Shown one piece after another: positions 55,069 to 64,000 of a stretch of 64,000 nucleotides of DNA. Source of the DNA: Octopus sinensis (taxonomy: Eukaryota); contig NC_043000.1 of assembly GCF_006345805.1 (NCBI RefSeq), positions 27,776,001 to 27,840,000 of the forward strand. The letters run 5' to 3'. Position 1 is the first letter of the stretch. Each line of letters begins with the position of its first letter. Both the position numbers and the translations under genes were made by a program. The notes under the pieces were generated by a model. It did not search any database. It worked only from the letters and a program-made list of their open reading frames with translations, and was not told the origin of the DNA.

Positions 55069-55808
55069 TATGACGATCTTATTTAACACTTTCATGTATA
55101 TTAGAACGAGGAAAGACATAAGCGGCAGAAATTGCCTCGAGAAAACAATTCTCCTTATAAACAATATTTGTGAAAAACACTCCGTTGTGCTGTGAATGAC
55201 ATCATCAAATCTCAGGCCCCATACACCTCTATGTTGGTAGGCTTCATGGATTACAGATTCTGAGAGGTTATATTTGCATCTACTGAAGTGCCCAAGGCTT
55301 TCGAATGCTACCTGGTTCACCGCTATAAATTAAAGAAGTGTATGTCTGTGTGTTTGTGTGATTTTGTGCGTATGCATGTATGCATGTTCTCTTCTGTTTT
55401 CCATTACTTGAAGTTTTCTTGCAAGGTAGGAATTGGTGAGTAACAAAGATACAATTCTCCATCTTTGGAATGTCGATTGAAAAATCAATACCTCATAAGT
55501 CATGCGGATTGTATTTGTACTGTACGAGTTATCTGGTCAGTTTCTTTTACTGAAAACCAAACATTTCCTGTTGTTACTTAGAGCTTTACTAACAACAGAA
55601 GAGCACCAATTAATATTGGTAAAAACCTGGATTATTTTTATCATCTGAGTATAAAAGCCTGAAGTTTTCAGTGCAGTCGACTTCATATTCCCATTGGTAG
55701 AATAGCTGACGTCTGTAGAAGTCTGTTTCTAAAACAAAATTTGAATTTTGTTCGATTTGTGCAGTGCTTTTTTCCTGTCATACGTTATCTGTGTGTATAT
55801 GTATATGC

Positions 55809-55854
<46 letters not shown>

Positions 55855-55896
55855 GTGTGTGTATGTGTGTGTGTGTGTGTGTGTGTGTTTGTGTGT

Positions 55897-56053
55897 GTAG
55901 TGAGAATTTACAAAAAACAAAAGACGAAGACAAGTGTGTAAAAAACAAGCAGATGTATTAGTTTAGTGCTCGAGAAACGAGAAAGTCTTTTACGTTTCGA
56001 GCCTACGCTCTGCGACAGAAAGGAAAACAGAAATAAACAAGGAGAGAAAATAG

Positions 56054-56055
<2 letters not shown>
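55897..56055 (-). mobile_element. Second copy of the 5310 mini-element; hammerhead-like motif at 55987-56022
   Basis: CUUU-CUGUCGC-A-GAGC-GUAG-GCUC-GAA-ACGU-A/AAAG. Confidence 0.75.
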
Positions 56056-56123
<68 letters not shown>

Positions 56124-57460
56124 CAGGCTAACGATTTGAATTGGTACTGATGTTCTAAAATAACAGCGAAATATCGCTGTTGTTCTCTTCCGGAACGATT
56201 CGTTTCGCCAGATTTTGAAATATGCTGTGTTTTATTGTCTTTTTTAAGAACAAAACGTCTCTAAAGAAATATCCCTTGGGCGTAATGTGTTGAAACAAAT
56301 GACTTAAGTTGAATGTGCGACATTAATAATGTCTATTTTTAAATTTTATTTTACCTACCCACCAAATAGTATACCCGGTCAGTTACGTTTACACTTTGTA
56401 GACGCTTTGAAGGGAATGTGTCACCAGTATCCTCTGTGTTTCTTTTTTACGTATATATTCAATAACAAGGGTGCAGTCTACATAGTTATCCCTGAAGCCT
56501 CGTTTTCAGGAGGATATTGAATCATTTTGCCACAGAGAAAAGGGTTAATTCATTTTATTATCCCTTTCATTCAATAAAAAACGTGAATACCTGGACGAAT
56601 GAAAAGAGCAAACATTACCTTTTCATGCCATTCCAGTTTTTTTTTTTATTGGTGGTTTCCTTCCAATTTTTAGTATGCCATCTCTTCGGTGTCTCACGAA
56701 GAAGACATTGTGGTTGGGCGTAGGATTTACAATTTCAGGATCGTGTATCAATCACCATACCAGGCAGCATTTAATTTCATGCTGTCACTGCTGTAGATGA
56801 TTTCCAGTACTAGCTGCGAGGTTAATTCTGCGACAGTCCAGCGGCCTTTTCAGGAGATAGTTTTGTAATTTTAGGCTTTTATAAGTTATGCAATCCTAAC
56901 TATGCTGCGGCCGTATGAGATCTAGGGATCGAGAGACACTTAAGTCTAAGTCACACAGAATATGATGTCGGTGTAACTTGTTTGAATTTTGGATCTGTCT
57001 GGAACTATTCTATTCAACATTGCTCCGACGAAATGAAGCAGATAATAACGCTGACAGAATCCCAGAGTAAGTGATTTCGTCAACGTTTACCAGTGCTTGA
57101 GTGAAGAAAGCAATGAACTCCTTGTCGTCCAAGACAAAAGAATATGTTAAAGGTGTCTGCTGGTATACTTCAATGTCTTCTAAAATCTCTGACGATGTAC
57201 CAGGTGAACTTAAAGTATATCTCATGTGAATATACGGCTCAGTAGGGTTATTTGGTTATCAAGATGACCAAACGACTATATAATGATAATGTCGAGGAAT
57301 TTATTTGGGGTTTTATGGGTCGGAGAAAGTAATGTTGCTTGCGAACTATAATTCTTTTATAATTTTAATGATACAACCACAGACGAATTGACCTTTTGAT
57401 TTATAGAGTGGAACAGTCTATGTTTGTATATGTGTGTATGTGTGCGTATATATGTACTAC

Positions 57461-57500
<40 letters not shown>

Positions 57501-57983
57501 TGTGTGTATGTTTGTATGTGTGTGTGTGTGATTCCACTTGAAGCGGTAATTAATCGGTAAAGATTATATTTAGATTGAAGTACGAGAGTGTTATCTTTGA
57601 AAATTCTTCTGAGTTTACGATTAATCTTGAATAGATTCTTAAATTTTGGTATTATTCACCCATACAATTTCCTGATTGATGAAACAAGTCTAATGTCAGA
57701 GGTTAAACATTTCAAATCAGCGATAATGAACGAGAAGCAGACAATATAATTCTCACGATTCCCGTATATAATTAACCAGCAATATCAATAGCCAGCGATA
57801 ATCATTTTATCGAATCTAGATGAAAAGCTGGAAGAGAATTGAAGCGTCCGTAGACATACGAAATATATTGCTCCAAATAAGTTGAAGGAATACGAAGACT
57901 TCAAAATAAAAAAAAGTTCATACTTTCACGTAATTACGTTCTTGATTATACATAGAAATCTTTAATGAATACACTATTACGTT

Positions 57984-58100
<117 letters not shown>

Positions 58101-58105
58101 GCATT

Positions 58106-58423
58106 CCATGGCAACTGGGTCTAAAAATATTGGTTACCAGGGGACTAAGGGGTCCTACCCGCAACTACAAAGGAGGGAGGGGCACCTGCAACTACAATGC
58201 TATAATTTAATTATTTTTTTTTGTCAAACCTATTCGTTTCAACTGTCTATAACTACAGCCAGGCTGAAATAACTAATGCATTCTTCCAGGAGTGAATAAA
58301 ATATTTTCAAACTTGAGAGGATGGGCCCCTTAAATACTAACATGGGCCCCTATAAATGGATTCTAATGACGCAGGGGCGCATTTGCCATCGGGCAAGCTG
58401 GCATCCTGGCCAGCCCGCCACTG
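58106..58423. mobile_element. hAT-type MITE with probable 8-bp TSD
   Basis: gatgcatt / gatgcata flanks; degenerate CAGTGGCGGGCTGG TIR; GGGCCCC subterminal motifs. Confidence 0.55.
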
Positions 58424-58425
58424 GA

Positions 58426-58471
<46 letters not shown>

Positions 58472-58490
58472 TAGATAGATAGATAGATAG

Positions 58491-58529
<39 letters not shown>

Positions 58530-58532
<3 letters not shown>

Positions 58533-59299
58533 TGTTTCTTTATTAGCCACACAGGGCTGCACACAGATAGAACAAATTACAAGGTAGAGCTTTTCTTTTG
58601 AAGGTTTAAAAAAAAAAAAAAAAAAAAGGAAGGGGGAGTTTCGATCAAAAGGGATCGTAAAAGGAGAGAAAGAGGACAAAAAAAAGGGGGGGGGGATAAA
58701 AAAAAAAAAAAAAAAAGGGGAGAGGGAAAAAAAAATTGATCAATAGGGATCGTTATCACAGAAATGTCAATATGAAGTGTAAAGGGGAGGACAGGTGAGG
58801 TTTACCCGTGGAAAGAAAAGCCTACGGAAAAGACCACGGAACCTCGGTCAATGAAGTCACATTTATATTTCTTTTTTTTTTTTTTTTTTTTGCAAATAAG
58901 CAACTCTCTGTTTTCGATTTCTGGGTTCATAGGACTATGCTCAAGTGGCTTCGTCATTCATACGTGCCATTCTTGCTACATTCACCATCTTTTTTTAAAA
59001 CATTCGCTAGACAAAACTTGCCTCTCTACTCTCACTTTCCTTTTCAAGTGGTACTTGAAGAAGTTGATGAGAGATTGACCAGAGAGGAAAGTGTTTGTCT
59101 CCAATCCTTTCAGACGCGTCCACCAGATACATTCTTTCGCCATAGCCACAAGGATGATGAAAATAGCTCTTCCTTCCCGTTTGAAGGAAGGAGGCGTGAC
59201 AATATTGACGATAGACTCAGCTGATAAACCGACTCGTCCCACACGTGACAGCAATTGTTCGACATAAGCCCACAGGTCGGAAATTGTTGGACATTGTTG

Positions 59300-59300
<1 letters not shown>
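58530..59300 (-). mobile_element. 5'-truncated Tx1/L1-type LINE (ORF2 C-terminus plus long 3' UTR) inside (GATA)n
   Basis: QCPTISDLWAYVEQLL..ILVAMAKECIWWTRLKGL..FFKYHLKRKVRVER; ends aataaagaaacata(tcta)n. Confidence 0.75.
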
Positions 59301-59331
<31 letters not shown>

Positions 59332-59349
59332 CATTCATACATACATACA

Positions 59350-59398
<49 letters not shown>

Positions 59399-59428
59399 GA
59401 ATATATATATATACATACACACACATAG

Positions 59429-59463
<35 letters not shown>

Positions 59464-59468
59464 AATAA

Positions 59469-59500
<32 letters not shown>

Positions 59501-60253
59501 TATATCTGTGTGGTGGGGGTGTGGGGGTGAGAGAGAGTATAATTTAATACGTCGCTTAAGTACCTCCCACTTAAAAAATATTCATTTTGTTTTTCTTTAA
59601 ATAGTATATAAATAAACATTTAATAGTGGCTGAAATAACGGTCAAACAGTTACGATTGTACATTTATTTTTGTTAAAAATCCCCCAAGGAGCGTGGAACA
59701 TCGACGTCTTTTGTCCATTGTTCTCAGGTCTGAGTTTCTTTCTCTGTGGCATAGAAAACGAGGAAAAATTCTCTGCTACGTTTAACACTAACTAGATGGT
59801 AGATATCTGTGTGAGCGCAGTCACATATATTGTGCATATGGATCAAATAGAAAAAAAAAACTTGATAAAATATCGAACAGATGCACCAGGATATTTATTT
59901 TTAGCTTCGATGCTGTTGGCGCAATCTTTGCTCTTTGTGATCTTCAGTTGACAAAGCAGCATCCCGTTTTGCAAAATGAAATATACAAATGCACACGCGC
60001 ATGCGCATTTACGTGTTCTGAGAGAAACATATAACAAGACCTAACGATGTATATCTTAGAATATCGCAATATGAAAGTCCATACATCTATTTACAAACTC
60101 AGTGCAACACAAATATGTCACACACAAACACACACACAAATACATATATACAACGCATATAGATAGACAGTTTGTGTCATTTATCTCATGGGCTCCTCGT
60201 GAGCGTTTGTCGAAAAGCTTGTTGTGCATTTTGTTGGAGAATTAAGTTCCTGG

Positions 60254-60339
60254 ATTTTCCTCAAGAGAAAGCTGCAAAATGGACTCCTTATTCAATCCGA
60301 ATTAGGGACTTTGCAGCCTTCGAAACATATGTAGAAAAT
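60254..60339 (+). ncRNA. Type I hammerhead-like fold in the PLE repeat (core CUCAAGA); second copy at 61944-62029
   Basis: Helix I AUUUUC/GAAAAU; helix II 11 of 12 pairs; GAA-ACAUAUGU-A. Confidence 0.6.
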
Positions 60340-60596
60340 AATATAAAGGAATTTTGTTAAATCTTCGTTCAGCTCCATTTCTTCCTACACTTAATATATA
60401 AAACTTCAAATTTCCGCACTAAGGCACGGTTTTTATGCCCCATGGTCGTAACTTCAACCGTGCTTTTTCTGTTGTGATTTTTGCTACCCAGGTATCGGTT
60501 ATTATTTGAATTATCCGTAATAAGATAATTCATTTATCTACTTCAATAATCATATACAGCTTCGCCAAGAAACTGCTACCTTAACCGTTACTGCAA

Positions 60597-62024
60597 ATGG
60601 AGTTGTTCGAGATTAACGCGTCCCTTAAGGACATTCCTATACCACCAAAGGAAACCTTCCTTAAGGAAATTGTCAGCAAAACAAATGCATTCATCAACCG
60701 GATTAGATGGCTCGCTTTCTTTCATGATAACGAGGATTTAAAACAGAACCGGTCCGTAACATCATCCGAATATAAGAAGCTTTTCAAGTCGATGGAGACG
60801 CCACCACCCAATCCCAGACTGAAGAAATTTGAGGACGACTTATGGGGCATTGTAAGGAGCATTAAATTCAGGAAGTCGTCCCGTAGGAATGAACACCTTA
60901 GATACCTAGGGAAAATTACTAAGGATATCAACAGCTCAGACGGAATCCTGGTCCAATCTGACAAAACAAGGAATACTTACAAGATACCTATAAACCAGTA
61001 CTTAGAATTACTCAGGAAAGAGATCCAGAAGAACTATAGAACTACAAATAAGAATACACTGAGAAGAGTTAACTTGGAGATTAAGAAAATTATGGTAAAT
61101 TATGGGCTTCAAATGAGAACACAACCGCTTAACCCAAGACAACCTAGATTCATCGTTAAGGACCACAAACCAAATTTCCACACCAATCCAGCATTAAGGC
61201 TCATATGCCCTTCTAGTTCCGACATCGGTTCCATCAGTAAGTACATTTTAGACAAATACATTCCTAGTTTAGTTAATAATCTTAAGCTTAATCTTTGGGC
61301 GAACTCCTCGCAAGTCGTAAAGTGGTTCTCTTCTATCCCTAATAAAAACAGAACTAAGTTCATTCAGTTCGATATTGCTAATTTCTACCCCTCGATTAAC
61401 CCTAGTGTACTCAATAAGGCCCTGTGGCATGCACATAATAAGGCAGGCCTCACAAGAGAAGAAATTGATATAATTCTAGTCGCCAGAAAATCCTTTATAC
61501 AGTTTGAAGATAAGTTATGGGTTCGTAAGGATACTCCCAACGAGTTCGATATTCCTATGGGAAGTTCAGATAGCGCCCAGATTGCCGATTTGGTCGGAAT
61601 CTATATTCTCTATGAATTATCTGACCAATTCCCGAACATCGGAGGCGGCCTATATCGTGACGATTGTCTGTTTTACCTACAGAACACCCCGAATAGAATG
61701 ATACAGAAAACTAAAAATAGATTAGCTAGGTTCTTTAATAGGATGGGCATGAGCATAGTTTTTGATAACGAACTTACCAAGGCAAATTTCTTAGATGTCA
61801 CACTAAACCTGCATAGCGATTCTTACTGCCCCTACCATAAACCTTCCACTAACCTAAAGTATGTCAGTATTTTCTCTAACCACGCAAAAACTATAACAGA
61901 TAATAAGCTTGTTATGCATTTTGTTGGAGAATTAAGTTCCTGGATTTTCCTCAAGAGAAAGCTGCAAAATGGACTCCTTATTCAATCCGAATTAGGGACT
62001 TTGCAGCCTTCTAAACATATGTAG
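60597..62024 (+). CDS. Penelope-like reverse transcriptase (475 aa), truncated in the thumb region; last ~39 aa are read from the repeat
   Basis: SLKDIPIP, DKTRN, KDHK..LRLICP, QFDIANFYPSI, FDIPMGSSDSAQIADLVG, GLYRDD, NFLDVTLNL, SNH; no internal stops. Confidence 0.9.
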   Translation: MELFEINASLKDIPIPPKETFLKEIVSKTNAFINRIRWLAFFHDNEDLKQNRSVTSSEYKKLFKSMETPPPNPRLKKFEDDLWGIVRSIKFRKSSRRNEHLRYLGKITKDINSSDGILVQSDKTRNTYKIPINQYLELLRKEIQKNYRTTNKNTLRRVNLEIKKIMVNYGLQMRTQPLNPRQPRFIVKDHKPNFHTNPALRLICPSSSDIGSISKYILDKYIPSLVNNLKLNLWANSSQVVKWFSSIPNKNRTKFIQFDIANFYPSINPSVLNKALWHAHNKAGLTREEIDIILVARKSFIQFEDKLWVRKDTPNEFDIPMGSSDSAQIADLVGIYILYELSDQFPNIGGGLYRDDCLFYLQNTPNRMIQKTKNRLARFFNRMGMSIVFDNELTKANFLDVTLNLHSDSYCPYHKPSTNLKYVSIFSNHAKTITDNKLVMHFVGELSSWIFLKRKLQNGLLIQSELGTLQPSKHM

Positions 62025-62653
62025 AAAATAATATAAAGGAATTTTGTTAAATCTTCGTTCAGCTCCATTTCTTCCAACACTTAATATATAAAACTTCAAA
62101 TTTCCGCACTAAGGCACGGTTTTTATGCCCCATGGTCGTAACTTCAACCGTGCTTTTTCTGTTGTGATTTTTGCTACCCAGGTATCGGTTATATATTTGT
62201 GTATGTATATCTTGTTCTCCTTGTCCTGTCTCTCACTGTTATATATTTATTTTTCCACTGTTTATATATATATTTTTTACTGTTTATATGTTTGTACTGT
62301 CGTTACCGTCTTGCTTTTTTTTACCCCTCTGCGAAAAGATCTCAGAATTTTAATTGATTTGCTTTTCGCAGGAAGGAAGTTTTCTTCGAAGTATACGTCT
62401 CGCTTTTATCCTTCGAAACGTTTAGTAGATGAAACCTTAGCGACTGAAGAAGGGGATTTTTCGTTGTGCTTATTGTCCTGTATCTCTTTTTTTGCTTGTC
62501 TTGTTCCTTGGTTTGTGTGTATGTTTTTCGTCTCTCTATGTGTTCGACGTCTTTTTGGTGTCCTGTACACATATATGCGTGTATATGTACATGTAGGGTA
62601 GGTACGTACATATATGTTTATATATATGCATGTGTTCTATTTTATTAACATAT

Positions 62654-62726
<73 letters not shown>

Positions 62727-62867
62727 TTTATATATGTGTATATATATTAATTAACAATTGAGGATAAAATCTTTAAAAGAAATTATCAGTAGTCAGCGTG
62801 AAAAACCTCGTAAGAGAAAAAATCCGTAAATTCTTCCCCTTTGAAAATATTCAAGTATATGTATATA

Positions 62868-62938
<71 letters not shown>

Positions 62939-62999
62939 TATATATATTGTGTATGTATAAATCTATACATATACATGTGTATATATATTTTTATATAAA

Positions 63000-63275
63000 C
63001 TTAGATAAACTTATATATGTTTCGACCAATGATTGGTCCAGGCCATGTCTAACATAATGGCACCACCTGATAGGATTATTTGAATCCTGTTTAAGTCGAG
63101 TTTTGTTTATGGTCCATTCACGTAGTGAGTTTTTGTTGGGTGAGTTGTATCCAATTATGGGTGGCTTATCTGGTATTCCTCAAAGGAAAATATCCAGACT
63201 CCGTTTAAAGTTGATAGGATCCTGTTCCTCTTTGATCTCTTTCAAATTAGAAAAAATACCTGTAAGTTTGGAATA
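63000..63275 (-). mobile_element. CR1-clade LINE 3' end with terminal hairpin
   Basis: KEIKEEQDPINFKRSLDIFL*GIPDKP..GY..NKNSLREW; tail ggtggtgcc..catggcc..gaccaatcattggtc-gaaaca. Confidence 0.7.
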
Positions 63276-63287
63276 ATATTCCCTCAA

Positions 63288-63318
<31 letters not shown>

Positions 63319-63348
63319 TATTATTATTATATTATTATATTAATATTA

Positions 63349-63388
<40 letters not shown>

Positions 63389-63417
63389 AAAAAAAAGCAA
63401 CAAGAATGGATTAAAAT

Positions 63418-63503
63418 CTCGGTACGATCGTTTCGTACGAGGACATCTTTAATAAGCTACAAAAAATGCAGTGAATACAGATGGCTCGTACTCGTCAGCC
63501 GAA
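63418..63503 (-). ncRNA. Fully canonical type I hammerhead
   Basis: UUCGG-CUGACGA-GUACGAG-(loop)-CUCGUAC-GAA-ACGAUCGU-A/CCGAG. Confidence 0.8.
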
Positions 63504-63574
63504 AAAACATCAGAGAATTCCCAAACATCAAAAGGGGTAGATACAAAAGAGGTTGTAAGATTAACTGCATTGAA

Positions 63575-64000
63575 GAAAGTTCGATTCATGGAGATCCGAT
63601 GAAAGGTTTAAACTTAAAATTTGTGCATGTCTACATATAGCTCATAGATTTTAATAAGAAGTGTGAGAAATTTCGGATACAGTCATGCAAAATTTCTGAA
63701 AATCCGAGTAAGAGGCAAAGTGACTGCCATATCATGTAGAGGAAAGTCTGAGTAAAAGCAAAGTGACTGTCATATCGTGTAGAGGAACAGATTGTTATTG
63801 AAATTTACAAGAATCGCAGATAAGTTCGATTCTTGGAGATCCGATGAAAAGTCTTGAACTTACAGAATATGTGCATGTCCTTATAGTTCATAATCCAGTT
63901 TTGTGAAGAGATTTAGGGTACAATCATGCGAAAATATCAGGGAATCCGAATGAGAAGCAAAATGACAGTCTTATATTGTAGAGGTGCCTGTTGTTAATGA
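63575..64000. repeat. About 245-bp diverged tandem repeat upstream (on the minus strand) of the hammerhead
   Basis: agttcgattc.tggagatccgatgaaa recurs near 63579 and 63824. Confidence 0.7.

Larger units (their letters stand above)
60215..62192 (+). mobile_element. Young Penelope-like element: 288-bp repeat, RT ORF, 288-bp repeat; endonuclease absent
   Basis: Direct repeats 60215-60502 and 61905-62192 (offset 1690; 3 mismatches seen). Confidence 0.88.

Noticed and set aside
56140-56215. GAAAUAUC and GAAACGAAUCGU palindromes
   Set aside because: No correctly placed CUGANGA core on either strand.
63005-63045. Hairpin followed by GAAACAU, like a hammerhead 3' half
   Set aside because: The core is absent; better explained as the CR1 3' terminal stem-loop.

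Overview
AT-rich, repeat-dominated eukaryotic DNA with no confidently recognisable host gene. The SINE set and the very dense (TA)n/(TG)n/(TAA)n/(GATA)n arrays point to an octopus/coleoid cephalopod genome (inference). Contents: about 15 tRNA-derived SINEs (CORE-type, Nin-type and module-swapped); two Penelope-like elements (PLEs), one decayed at 1.9-3.3 kb and one young with an uninterrupted RT ORF at 60.2-62.2 kb; R4/Dong-, HERO-, Tx1-, CR1- and possibly RTE-type LINE fragments; mariner, Tc1 and hAT relics and MITEs; and Helitron-like non-autonomous elements. The main signal the ORF track misses is about 13 type I hammerhead-ribozyme-like folds from roughly 8 unrelated short repeat families. 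Nearly all have a palindromic helix III, several show compensatory changes, and most sit in (TA)n arrays. One family joins a tRNA-like Pol III head, a trinucleotide repeat and a hammerhead, and one copy lies directly after a PLE stop codon. All structures were folded by eye, coordinates are approximate to a few bases, and no searches were run. Almost all long ORFs in the supplied track are microsatellite artefacts.
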